DNA of 64,000 nt from positions 25,668,001 through 25,732,000 of the forward strand of contig CM119381.1 of NCBI GenBank assembly GCA_051294905.1, read 5' to 3'. This stretch comes from Botryllus schlosseri (taxonomy: Eukaryota). Shown piece by piece: positions 1 through 13,900 of this stretch. A program made the position numbers and the translations under genes. Below the pieces are notes generated by a model. It was given only the letters and a program-made list of their open reading frames with translations, had not been told where the DNA came from and searched no databases. How positions within the stretch are numbered: the first letter of the stretch is position 1; the number at the start of each line of letters is the position of its first letter.

Positions 1-121
1 ACTAGTGAACGATGATTATACAAGAACATAATCAGAGTCGGAAATTATTCTCGTCATCTAGTGCCGTATAAATTACTAGAGCCTAGCGTAATGATTCGAG
101 CACTCACATCTACCCCTACAT

Positions 122-245
122 CAGTGTTCGGGCGACTCGAGTCAACAATTTTTCATGACGTGACTCGAGTCACTTTGCAAAAATGACTCGACGTCTCAAA
201 ATTGATGATTGACTTGTGACTCGAAGCAAAATTTTTGAGTCAATT
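122..245 (-). repeat. Partial GACTCGAGTC-rich MITE arm (family A)
   Basis: Repeated gactcgagtc/gactcga motifs similar to the arms of the full copies at 31370 and 61699. Confidence 0.6.
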
Positions 246-277
246 TCAAGTTATCGGTGTCGACTAAGTCGCTATAC

Positions 278-356
278 CTGGAAGTACATGTTGTCGACAC
301 TCTGATACGATCTGTGTGACAAGGCGTGGAGTCATTGGAGCTTACCTTGTCGTAGA
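278..356 (-). CDS. Candidate TAB1 exon 9 (Ser/Thr-rich)
   Basis: Acceptor ataactag and donor gtatag. Open in a phase compatible with exon 8 ending at 1932 (VYDKVSSNDSTPCHTDRIRVSTTCTS). Composition resembles the TAB1 low-complexity tail, but there is no diagnostic motif. Confidence 0.3.
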
Positions 357-489
357 CTAGTTATATTCTATCTATAGCAGTGTCTTTCTGCTCAGTGGCT
401 AATTGACCGATATATTAGTTTATACATTCTTATTACTCGTCAACAATTGATAGAGGCCCAAGTTGCATCCTATTAATGTGTATGCAGAT

Positions 490-1690
490 TGTGCATTGCA
501 TCAAGTCGAAATGCAAGCAATTACCACTGGATAAATACAGTCCATCCTCAAGATTACCGGACCACGACTGACCTATCGATCTCGCTTCCCATGACATGTC
601 GCCCTATTTCTTGTCTCTTTCTTTTTCTATGCTATCTTCTTTACTTTTATTCAGTGTGCATGCCTCTTCTTTACATCGTCTAGGCCAGAGGTCTCAAACT
701 CAAATGTGCTCGCGGGCCAATTTCCCATTTTTGATTGCGCCGCGGGCCGCAGCACCAATAATAGGGGAATTCATTGTATTTCCAAGTAGGCCTTATTTGA
801 CGGGACCTTGCAGACTGACATTCCGCACGCATCGTAAAAATGTGATTTAGCATTGTGAATTCACGCTTGGCACGAAAAAATAACATTTTTAGATATTTTA
901 AAAATATTGTTGCTGTACTTGGCATAGTCTGTCATAATAATTAATTGTAGAGACCGTGTGATAGTGCAAATGTGTCATGACATCGTTATAATTTTGCAGC
1001 CAGCGGACATTTGACGTGCCGCAATTATGGGTAGAAGTTTAGAATTTTACAAAGATTGATCTGATATCAGCGCATTAGAGCAATACAGCCTAATCTGGGT
1101 CTCGGGTATACTCGTGATAACTAGGTTATTGATCAGCGTCAGATTTACCTTTGAATATTTGAACAGACTCAACACGAGTCATTTTTATCACACATTGAGT
1201 CCGAGTTTGATTAATTCTACAGAAGGTCGCGCCCAAGTTGAAATCACAATCTTCAGTACGAATCATCAACGGGTCATGTTTAACAATCGTAAACAAGTCA
1301 TGTCACGTAATAGGTAATCTTGCACTGCGTCGTAACTTTTGAAAGTAATGTAATAGTGAAATTTGATGAGTATTTTCTGGCGTCTGGAGTAGTTATAAAG
1401 AGAATTTCAAGTTATCGAATTTAAAAAAAATGGTAATTAAATATTGTCGAACACTTCGAAATCCAAAATGCCGTCGCGGGCCGCACAAAATTGTCTCGAG
1501 GGCCGCAGGCGGCCCGTGGGCCGCGTGTTTGAGACCTCTGGTCTAGGCCAAGGTGGGTGTCTGATTCCATAGACTACTCCAAGTAGCTTCCACGTCTACC
1601 TGTCTTTTCATTGTATCGCATTTTTGTGGTGTATTGAACTGATAAAAATTGCTAATAAACCAATGATGATGATGATGATGATGATGATAT
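490..1690 (+). mobile_element. 3' fragment of CR1/L2-like LINE (ORF2 end, 3'UTR, (ATG)n tail), interrupted by a MITE
   Basis: 490-685 plus 1541-1690 aligns by eye with the reverse complement of 49960-50240, e.g. ggtgggtgtctgatt..agactactccaagt and gtatcgca..ttgtggtgtattgaa. Ends in an (atg)n microsatellite at ~1663-1688. Confidence 0.75.
686..1540. mobile_element. hAT (Buster/Charlie-type) non-autonomous element
   Basis: Perfect 14-bp TIR cagaggtctcaaac/gtttgagacctctg. Perfect 8-bp TSD gtctaggc (678-685, 1541-1548). Confidence 0.92.
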
Positions 1691-1931
1691 CAATTTGTTT
1701 CAACCTACTGAAGTTTCATACCCTATCATCTATTTTGCGGATAGCTACCGAAGTGGGCTGATAGTTTAATGTATATGTTACCCATACAACGCGCCGTTGA
1801 AAGTGTAATTAAATTAATTCGATATCAAATTGACTCGCGACTCGAAGCTAGTAACTTGATCCCAACACTGCCCGACACATGACACATAATTTGAACTAAA
1901 ATGCACCACATGTTGTGGCACTCATTCCCAC

Positions 1932-4900
1932 CTTGATACCCACCTACGAAAGAAAGTTTGGGGATGGCATTGGTTCCGATGGGATGGCTGAAATTGCGAA
2001 TAATCAGCGTCATGTCGCCACGGCACGTCATGGACTTGCTCTTGAAATGGTGACGGTGCAGATGTGCGATCTTCTCGACGACGGCTTGCGCGGCACCTGA
2101 GACGTACAGACGCTTTTGCCGTGGTGTCGCAAACAACAAGAAACTACTGTGATGCATTATCGTTATGTCTCGCCATGTCAACACTAGGGTTAGTTCGGAT
2201 ATCAGTAATTTTCGCTATCCGGATAACGGATATATCCGTATATTTGGCATTTATCTAACCGGTTACCCAGATAATAACTGCTTCAAGGGGCACTGCACTC
2301 TAAAAATGTGGTCTCAAATTGAGGGGCAAAACGAAAGAGAAATCTTGGTCGCAGCCGTTTTCTTCAGAACGCCCCCGTAATGGAGCTGTAATGTATTGAA
2401 ATTTCCACAGATGCATCACGCTCCAGCAGTCACGCAGAGATCGAACTTTAGCCTATATAGTTGTCAGTCGATGTTATGAAGGAAATATGTCGTACACGCC
2501 AAGGTGGTTTAGATACCGCGTTCAACGGAAGATGTCCAGTCAGGAGATTTATGTCAAAATCGGGCTTAGTGTATTCTATTTCCTGCATAACATCGGCTGA
2601 CAACTATAAACAGTGAGACAATCTATTTCACGAGGTCTGCATGAAAAATGGATCGCAAAATCATTACACAGTGTTATTGTAGATCTATACGTGCACGCGC
2701 GGTCCGAGCGAATACGAGAAAAATCACGCAAATTTAATGTTCGCTGCTTCTGCAACGCTCTCCTTATAAAGCACACTGCATCAATTGTGGCATCCTGTAG
2801 CCGGGACCGAAGTTTTGTAACAGAGAGAGTCCGCGTGCATTAAATGCTTTTTCTGCTACGACAGAAATGGGCTGAATAATAAGCAGGAGTGGCTGATTGA
2901 TGCTGACGTGATAGCCTGCTCTAATTCCTTCTTGAGAAATTCACGTGATCAGGCACTTACCCAGCCAAAAAATAAGAGGGGGGGGGGGTGTCTTAAATAA
3001 AATGAGGGGGTTTCGATTTTTTTCAAATTAAGTATCAACGGAAATCAGTTAAGCTTGCCCGCACGAACATGTTTGCGAACATTCGATGACAATCAGTTTC
3101 ACGATGTCACTCATCAATCACGATCGCTAATCAGAATACACATAACGGCATGTTGTCTCCCAGCCACCGAGAGATAGGACCCAACGCATTCCAGGCCCGA
3201 GACGCGATGGTTACGCCAGCGATGATATCTTTCGTACCATGCCTATTATAGATGCGATTGTGTAGGCCGGCGATAATATCGTGAGCACCAAGCCAATGCA
3301 GATGCGATTGTGCAGGCCAGTGACGGTATCGTGCGCACAGGGCCTACTGCAGATGCGATTCTTCAAGCTAGCGGAACTGTAGGCTTGTTGAAGACGCGAT
3401 AAATCAGGTCAGCGACGTTAGCCGAGCGTGCGGTAATCAATGACCGAATTTCGCGATCTTCTCATCGGGAGATCGCGTCGCGTTACATTGTGCGCAGACG
3501 AATCTCGCTAATTGGCAAAACGCTTCTCGCTAATTGGCGGCGCGCAACACTGATAATACGACTTATTGAAGCTTACTGAAAAGTGAAAAACGCATTATCA
3601 ACGATCCTATTTTATCCGGTGAACATGCAGAATTACATCCGGATATCAGATAATAAAATAACGTGCGGTTAATCGGTTAACCGCTATTCGGATAATCCAA
3701 CCCCAGTCAACACCACACCAATTCCACTAATGCGGTTTTGACGGTAAAAAAATGTAATGTGCCTTACCGTTGATGGAACTTTGCACCAGTAGTTGTCTCG
3801 ACGTGAGGGATGCGATATACTCGTTCGGATCTACGCTACGATCGCACTGCTGCACGGATTTGTACAGATCGTCCGACATCAGAATTACAAACGATCCTGA
3901 ATCAAAACGCCACGTCACATGACATCTGCAACTTTGAAATCTCGGAGTTCCAGTTAGAAATTGTCCACAACATAATATTCTGCGTGCACCATATCACAAC
4001 TACTGCCCAGGCTTGTGCTACGCTGCATGAAATACAGAAATGGTCCGTCGAACTGAGAGTTTAAGGCGCGTATACTTGCTCAGTATCAGATCGTAAAGTA
4101 AGCAAAATAGAATGGAAAATATAGAGATTATAACGAGCCTAGCCTGATAGAAGACTTGGACAACTAAATAATTCTAGTCTAACTAGAGTGAAATGCCGGT
4201 AATGTAATTTTAATCTAATTAGTGAAATCTTACTTTGCTCCAATTCTAATTCTAATCTAACTTGTGAAATGTTTCTTAGCTCTAATTCCAATATAATTTC
4301 TGATTTTCCTGAAACTGCTACAGGAAAACTGTACAGTAGCCTACAGCGCGAAATGAGCCAAACTTGTTGTACATACATTTGCTATTCTCATCCCCATAAG
4401 AACGGACCATGATTTGATATCGGACCAAGTCATATGGCTGGGTCTAACAAGACAGGCATTTCATTGTAATTTCGAAGAATAGTAAAGTTATAATACTATA
4501 GTTAATTTGTCTATCAGTACTAGTACTTGAAAATGCTACCAAAAACTGTTGAAAGTTAGGAAAATTAGTGTATTATGAATGCGAAGCTATCGGTATCAAC
4601 CGAGCAGAGTTGTAAAAAGTGGGTTCCACACGACATTATCTCGGAACTGATCAGTAAACCCAATGACTTGGACTCGGACTTGACTCGGCGGTGACTTGAA
4701 AATGACTCCGAGTCAAAACTATAAAAGCGAGATTGAGACTTGCGACTCGGAACCTCGCGACTTGGTTACAACCCTGTGTAACGAAACTTGACTTAATGTC
4801 AAATTTTTCGAGAATTCGGTAAATCTAATCTGGAAAAACTTGTAGCCGTAATTATAATAATCCAAGTTGGAAAAGCTGTCAAGTTTTCCTGATGGGATTA

Positions 4901-7900
4901 TCATCATTCATGACTTGGAAAGACAATTTACATTCTAACAATTAGTCCAATCGTACCGGAGAGAATTGGGCTAGTGAATCATAAGTATTTGGTCGTATAA
5001 AGTGTCGAATGTAAAACAATATCACATAATTGTCACCTGGATAGTCATCCATGATCAACCCTTCCGTTATGGAGGGTTCCGCTATCGACGGTTCGCTGAT
5101 AGCGTTTCGTAAAAATTCGTTTTCTTTATAACCGCCTTTCACCGAATAATCTCCGATGCACCGGGCGCATTCGTTTATACCTGGTACAAAGCACGAGTTA
5201 CTCCTACAGATTCTAAAGGTCTTAACTGTAACACGCGTCTGGAGTGTCAGGGTCAAATTAGAATAAAACGATGCAGAAATTTATCGCTAGCGAAATACTT
5301 GAGTTGACTTTTGACTTGTGTGGACATAAACGGGTCTGTGATCTTTGGAATAGTGATTCAAAAGCGAGTGAAAATCTAGGGAAATTTTGCAGACCAGTGT
5401 TATTATCATTGATTGCTGTGTGCACTAGGGCTCTTCAAAATTGACTTTTTATCTCAAATCGCACTGGCTACTTGATAAAATTGTTAGGTTAGGCCTACCT
5501 ATTTTAAGCCTACACACCAAATTTGGTTCAATTCCAACCAGTAGCCGAATTGCTACAGGAGAAGTTTCTATTGATTAGATAAAAATTTTCAAATTTTCTG
5601 TTCACCCCATGAAAGTGTTAGGTTGTCTATAGAAACGATGTTCACCAAATTTGGTTCAATTCCAACCAGTAGAAGCAGAGTTATTGCCTTCGAAGATTTT
5701 GGATTTGAAAAAAATAGTATTTACGGTGGGCACCACTATAATAAATAATTAAAGAATTGGTCACCGTAAATACTATTTTATTCATAATCCAAATTTTTCG
5801 ACGGCAATAACTCCGCTTCCACTGGTTGGAATTGAACCAAATTTGGTGAACATCGTTTCTATAGACAACCTAACATTTTCATGGGGTGAACAGAAAATTT
5901 GAAAATTTTCTGTTATTTATTTTTATATAATAAATAGAAACTTTCTTCTCCTGTAGCAATGCGGCTATTGGTTGGAATTGAACCAAATTTGGTGTGTAGG
6001 CTTAAATTAGGTAACCTAACAATTTTATCAAGTAGCCGGTGTGATTGGAGAGAAAAAGTCATTTTTGAAGAGCCCTAGTGTGCACATTATACAATTGCCT
6101 TAGACAATGACGACTTATTGGGTTGCCTAGTTTCAACATCGCATTGCGGTGTGACATAGAATACAGACTCTCTACGGCACGTTGAACAACTCACCTAATT
6201 TCCCACGATTTTGCAACTTTTCAATATTAATACCCAGATTTTTTAACCTCGCCAGTTCTTGATTTTGATAAATGTTGTGATCCACGCTGAGTTGCTGAAC
6301 CTGTAGAAAGAGAACGATAGTCATACTTGAAAAATGTCATTTCCATGAATGCTGCCCAACACTGCACACTAGGGTTGTAAAAAAAAACTTTTTTTCCAAA
6401 TCTCACTCGCCTAGTTACTAAATCGTCAGGTTGTCCAAGAAAACGATGCGCACACCAAATTTGACTCAATTCCAACCAGTCAATCTTGAATTGAATTTTT
6501 TAATTTATTAATAAAAATGAAAAAAAAAATTTCTCAAATTTTTCTGTCAACCCCATGAAATTGTTGAGCTGTCTTCAAAGACGATGCAAAACAAATTTGA
6601 GTCAATTCCGACTTGTAGAAGCGGAGTTAGTCGCGTTTTTCGTTGATTATTGTCGGATTATCCTTGATCCGGGGATTATCAAGGAAAAACTCAAATAGTT
6701 CCGCTTCTACTTGTCGGAATTGACTCAAATTTGTTTTGCATCGTCTTTGAAGACAGCTCAACAATTTCATGGGGTTGACAGAAAAATTTGAGAATTTTTT
6801 ATTTTATTTTTAATAATAAATTAAAAATTTCAATTCAAGATTGCACGGCCTTTACTGGTTGGAATTGAGTCAAATTTGGTGTGCATCGTTTTCGTGAACA
6901 ACCTGACGATTTAGTCAGTAGGCGAGTGAGATTTGGAAAAAAAGTTTTTTTTGAACAACCCTACTGCACACGCAACGCTTCCGACGCTGCTTTCAACGCA
7001 AAACTTTTAGGAGATACGACATTAATACTCACTTCAAGGTAGTTTTGGGCTGCGTTGAGCTGGCAAAGTACGGCTCTACACTCCCCGACGTTTGCGACAA
7101 ACAACTTATTATTAATAACGAGCGCCACGACCGCTGTAGTCCCCCCTGAAAGAGAGCAGACAAAACTAAATTAACACAAATTATGATGTTAAAGTTTATA
7201 TTGGAGCAATGTCCATGTTTCAATAAACTATATCTTATACCGTGTGTGAGATGAAAAATGTGTCCGAGATCCAGCAACCCAACATCAAACTTTGGTCAAC
7301 AAAAATTTCTACATAAGCTGAATCTAATCAATCTTGCTGGTGGGTATTTAACTGGTCATTGTAGAGCAGGGGCGTAAGACTCATGTAAAACACGTGCCAC
7401 ATCATCATATTTGCGGCTTCAACCGGCCACAAACCTTATAGGTACAATTTAAAACAAATATGACAGTTTAGAGCAGACATGACAGTATTTGAAGACACAG
7501 AACTTCAATATATAACTGAATAATGTTTACATAAACTTGAAATAAACCACAATAATTTTAGCTGACCTTCACTGCGATGAAGAATCGTCAACAGCTGGTT
7601 GAGAATTCAAAAGGACTTCGCGTGTCAACAGTCCAGTCATCAAATTCATATAAAAGCATTTGGCAGATAGGCTGGGCAACTGGCAACATTAATCAGGGGC
7701 CATACCAGTGACAGAGAAACAATTTTTAGTCAGTCCCAAACAATGTTCCCTCTAATTTTTGACGGGTCTGCGCACACTCATCAACTCACTGCGCAGAAAA
7801 CAATGCGTAACGACTAAAAAAAAGGTCATCACTTCGGATTTTTTGTGCGCAAATTAGATTTTCTGTGCGCAGAGACCGTGAAAGCACTGCGCATTTGCGC

Positions 7901-10900
7901 ACGTACGCAGCTTAGAGGGAACACTGGTCCCAAACATGTCTCGCAGAATCGTCGTTTGCATGAAGTTGGGAGAAAGTGACAAAACGATTCTCTTTTCTTT
8001 AAAATATGTATATTCGTGGCTTTTGTGCGTTGATTTGAAACATTCAACACTATTCTATGATCAATTGGTATGAATCTTATGATTGAGTGCGTAAGTTGTG
8101 AATATCTGATATTGGGACTTAACATTTTGAGGCTGACTTCGCTCAGCTAATACTGAAATATGTTGTTCTATTCATTTTCAAACAATTGGACGTTATTTAG
8201 GGCTTTTGCAGGCCATGAGTTTAACACCCTCCCTGTTTTTATTCGTGACATCAAAACATGTTCCAACAAATTCCGCTCGAGCAGATCATCATTATTGTTA
8301 AATTGAAGACATGCACTACAAATTTACCTTTAATTTCATTGTCGAGCGCGGTGATTCTTGCATGAAGTTCAGGGCATCTTTCTTTGACTGCTTCGCGAGT
8401 TAAGCGATGCGGGATCTGAAAAAGCGTCAACATGGCAGAGGAAGTGAAGCCAACTAATCAGAGATATGTCTAGAAATACAAACACCTACTTAATTACGAA
8501 GGTTCAAGCCAATGTTATGAGTGATTGTGTTGGAATCTTCCAAGTGTTATTGAAACCGTTTCAAAGTATAAACAAACGGTAGTCGTGCCAAAAACATCAC
8601 AATCAGTGGCAGTGGACTAGCAAATCAGCACATCTTCAAATACAGATATGAACTATGAGGATGCAATGAATAAGAGATAACTAATTATAACATCTTCAGT
8701 CATGTGACATATTCATGTGCCAAAATTTCAATGATCAAATATTTACCGTACAAACGACTAAAACGTACCTGCGTCTGCATGTAAGTCTTTTTTGCCAGCG
8801 CATCATCGATTGATTCAAAAAAGCCTCTTTCGACAATGCTAAACGATTGGTACAAAACTTTTCGTATCGACGAATCAGGGGGATTGTACGACGGATTGAT
8901 TTGACCTAACAATAATTCTGCGGGCAGTCGCGAAGCCGCAAAGTGAGCTGCTTTGACGCCGTCGTGTCCGTCAAACAGCCCGTAGAGGTAACACCCATTT
9001 TCAGCTCTGCAATAAAGAACCATTGCGGTAAATCACAGATAATACCATGCATATTAGAAGCAAGCTTTCATGTGTAAAATATTAGATCATATACGAGAAG
9101 ACTATAGTTTTGTTTCATGAAAACTGAGACACATTTTCCTTGTAAATCAGAAAATCACCGTCTCCTCATTGCAATTTCATCAGGTGCTGCAGTTGGCATA
9201 CCAAGTTATGCACTCAATATAAACCAGGGGGCAGGGGGTTCTCAACCGTGGGCCGCAGTCTAACGGGGGCAACGATAAAAGGCTTCATTAATGGATTGCA
9301 ACATGTAGGCCCTACCGGTATTAATTTACAGAAACATAGAATTGTGACACAAAAACCCCCTATTTAGGCTATAGTATTGTAAAGCTAGCTAAAAGCATGT
9401 TTTTTCATCGTATAATATCGTATATCAAAGACCAAGCCTAATATAAAAGGCTCGCTAAAACAAAATCAAGCCTGAGCCCGAGGTATAATTCATTTAATCA
9501 CTCATTAACTTTTTTTCATTGATTTCGTTTCCTTCGCTGTTCTTTAAAGTTAAACAAATACATATTTATTTCACTGAAGGGACCACAGTCTTTTAGAGTC
9601 ACAGCCTGCGGGACCATGACACAGAAAAGGTTGAGAACCACCGATTCAAACCTTTTGGAAATTGTTATCGCAATATAAGCCTAATGCATCAGCCACATTG
9701 AATCATGCAGCTAGGCTATATTTGGACAGTGAAAGATATGTGGGTGTAGTCTGACTAAGTCAAAATGTGTAGGCCTAGGCCTATACAGAATACACTGATC
9801 ACAGAGCTGTACTCTTTGGCCTAAAAAGTTAAGAATTTAATCAATCAAAGTGAAGGTGTATAGATGTAGATATTAAACGAGAAATACAACTACTTATTAA
9901 CCACAAGTATGGCTTGGTGTGAATAACATATTCTACCTAATATCTTTGTAAGATTCAGTTATTTGCACCCATCCCATTGGCATCAGTCAACAACCTCAGA
10001 TCCATGAAAATCTAGTTTCAAAACCACCAAACTTCAATGTCTTGATGCAATCGAGAACAATACGCATAACCACAGAAAGAAACGTGATATCCCATAATAG
10101 TGGAGTGGAATATCGCCTACAGGAAAATCAGATGCCTTAACGAAACCTTCTTCTGTTGTCCAAACACTTGAAACATGTTCCTACGAGAAGCTCGTAATTA
10201 TGAGACAGTATGTCTGGAGATTTCACAGAACGAAATCATGCTGCAACTATAAGTGTGCGATGCTCGAGTGTATTTTTTGTTAAAAATATTTGGAAAACGA
10301 AGATGAATTAGATATACTATTCAGAGTCCAATGTTAAAAAAACACAGTATTACATCAGTTAATACTGCCAAGTATGGATTTGAATCAATCCTCGATAAGT
10401 TTGATTAATCCGGCATCACATTACGCCAAATTATAAATCCTGTTCGGGGCCCTGCGTTGATAACCACAGCCGGACAGCCCCGATGCAGACGATTGTCCAT
10501 TTCAACATGTTTACTAACTTGTTCGAGATGCCTATTTCAAGTTAACACTCCATAACATGTTATAGAATAGTGTTATAATGAAACCAGTACCTAGCCTATT
10601 TCTATAGGTAAAGGGAAATAAGGATTATAGCATTAACTGCTAACTTACTGGTACCGTATCAAATACTCCAACACAAAATGTGATAATAATGCTTTTTATT
10701 ATACACTACAACATTCATCAAATTGCAGCCTTCGACATCTATATTTGCAATGGAATCCAAATAAATCAGCATATTCAATTTCCAAGTTCATACGGCCCAT
10801 AAGCAGCCCATCAGATGTTTACTTCAAAATCAGAGCTGGGCTATGAAGATTCTTCTTCTGAACTCAATGGCAGATTGCGTTCTACAACACATTGCAGCAC

Positions 10901-13900
10901 AAAGGTACTTAGTATACCTATAAATGTATTGCTGACATACTTGGCGTCGATTGAAACAGATACGTATTCATTAATCGGGTAGTATTACTCATATTAATCC
11001 TGTAATCAAATTTCTATCAAGTACTGTGAGAGCTGTAAGAAAGGTTAACCTACTGAAATACAGCATGGTGCTAATGGTAAGGTCTACTACAATTAGTACT
11101 TTGTGCCACACCAGGAGACCGGACATCAAGATTTGAAAAGTGTATATCAGAGATTCAACGCATTCTGTACAAGAATGAATTCAATAACACAAATGCTATT
11201 TATACGAAAACCTACTAAGGCCACTATTACAGACAGTATATAAGATAAGCTACAATTAGATTACCTACTATTATCATACATATATACCCCTTTCATTGAA
11301 GAGACCACAATTATATCACAGTCCTTTCTCAAGACAACAGAATTACATTCATAAATAGAAGGCGCCATTCTAAATATGAACACCCAAATGAAGAGTCGTT
11401 ATACTATAAACCATCCACAAAAAGATTCAGACAAGGCATGTCAAAACTATTCTGGTTGCCAAAAGGCAGATTCCATATCTCATTTCACAAAGAGACACAT
11501 TTATGACGCATTACCAGTATCATAAAAGTTATCATTGTTCAAAACCAAATTTCAATTTGCGTCAAAATTCAGAAAAAACGAATAAGGATCTCTCTTTATG
11601 TTTAGACAATAATGGCTATTGTTTCACAGAACACACGCTTCAGTGATTAGTCGGACTATAAAGTGTTGAAGACACAGAGTGCTTGTGCCAATGACAACAA
11701 TGCATGACACACAGAACACAGAAATCTCCAGTTTTGATAAAGGATTACCAATTTAACGCTTCCGACAAAAACGAGAGATAAACAGATTACAAATCGATAA
11801 ACCCGACAATCAACAGTAGAATTTTAACAGTAAACCTTGAAATAGCATAAAATTATAAGGATTACCAGATGAAGCACAGCAATCTAGTACATATTGTTCC
11901 AGGTCTAATAATGCCTTGCCCGAAGCTTTTGAAATCATGAGATTATTACTATACACCCCTTATACATTATGACAGATTTAGTTAAGATAAATAAACATGT
12001 GCTAGCTGGACACGAATTGCATTTTTTATATGAATATAGAAATATGAAATTATAGAAATGCAATTCGTGTCCAGCTAGCACGTGTTTATTTATCTTTACT
12101 GAATCTGTCATAAGTATACGGGGTGTATAGTAATAAACATAATTTAGGAGGGATTTATTATTAAGTTTGAACAGTTGTGGCAACTGCTTACAAATAAAGC
12201 CTAATTATGTTTCATCAAGAAGAATTGTTGAAGTATTGTAACACAGACTATATTTTGTGTAATATAACAGGCTGACTAAGAAATAGTATTAACAATAGTC
12301 GGTCATGAATTCCATAAACTAAAAATCATTTCATTTTTTGTGGAATAACTGACAGTAAGCCATTTGTGAGTTTAAAGGCATGGCTGGAAAGGTGGAACAT
12401 GTCACAACACAGGCTCATCGGCACAGATGCAATGAGCATTTCCACCCCAAATACCTGAAACTGGCCGAGTGAATAGTTTGCGGTCATCATAGTGATGATC
12501 TTAACTTGTAAATTTCAGCTAGTTAACTAGCTAAATAATATTTACAAATCATGTAAACAGTTAAAAACATAGTACATATGAAATTAATCGTTAGAGAGAT
12601 TAGTATTGACCAACTAGAAGCAGTTTCCAATGTGAAACTAATTGCAATTTGATAGATTAACCTGAAGTCATGTTGAAACATTTGGTCATATCATCATATT
12701 TCACAATCGAAAAGTTAAATACAACTAATGTCAGTTTCATTACTTACCTACCCTGCGTAATTACCTGTTGTCATTCTCATTATTGGCAATGACTCTCACG
12801 CAATGTGAGGATTGCAATGAAGGTAAGTATTTGTCAAATGCAGAATGGATATTACTACACAGCGTTACACGCTAATGTAATATTATCAAATAAGCAGTAG
12901 ATGTAAAGGATGGGACAGTGTACACAAACAATTTACCAAAGAATATCAACTCATATTGACTGGGTATGGTGCTACATGGAGCCATTGGATCATATAGTAA
13001 CCAGGAGAGCGAATCACTTTCATGACAGCAGAAAGGTAAAGGCCGGATATTAACCGAATGGCATCGGCTGCAATTTTCAAAAAATTTTACTTCAATTTTC
13101 AAAATCGAAAAACTGTGCCTTAATGGGATTGGAGCACGGTAAACAAGGTAGCGTTCGATTCAGAATTTCAATGCGGATCCGATTGCGCCACTCAAATCAT
13201 TTCGAGCTCTGTGTCTGGCCACTTATATCGAGAGCAAGCCGAGAAAACGTTGGTTGGAAACATAAATGCTAAATTGCGGACCTTATGAACCTTGGTATAG
13301 GTATGCGACGACGATACAGTCTGGTGTGTTGTAAAGGCTCGGAATTCATCGTTCTAGAGAGCCCTGAGTCGACGGTCTACGTCTAGCAGGCGCTAATTTC
13401 TAATCAAAACAATACCGACCGTTTTAGTCAGCTCGCGGCAGGCCGCCGAGAGAGTGAGTCATGCCGAGTGATGAGCGCGCTTATGGTAACTTCTAAGGCT
13501 TATAACTCAAACTGTTGTGACCCTATATTAGTCATTTTAGTATTCGTAGACGGATATTTACAGTCCTTACCATAATGATTTACTGCAAATGCTTATCATT
13601 ACTACAACCTAAGATATATATCGATGTACGACAGCTCTTTGCATACCCAGACGCACGCTCTTGCGAAGGTATAATCGCTCAGTATTATTGTATGTATTCC
13701 GAATTATACTTTACCATTAGCCGTTATTTAGAATCATATAGGCAACAACAATTCACAGACACAATCTATGAAGGTTTATGGTTATTAGAACACGAGATAT
13801 TTCACTTTATGTGACGGGTATTCAGCCATGTGCTTGAAGCTGGTATGGTAGTCTGACGGAACTCGCTTCCCGGTTTTCAAATATAACCTTGAGCGGTATA

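Noticed and set aside
3217-3365. CRISPR-like array
   Set aside because: The units are contiguous degenerate tandem repeats without unique spacers, the context is eukaryotic, and there are no cas genes. The same applies to the GACTCGAGTC arrays.
7560-7660. Possible extra TAB1 exon (MNLMTGLLTREVLLNSQ...)
   Set aside because: Exons 3 and 4 already join in frame to match TAB1; all frames hit stops and there is no good splice pair.
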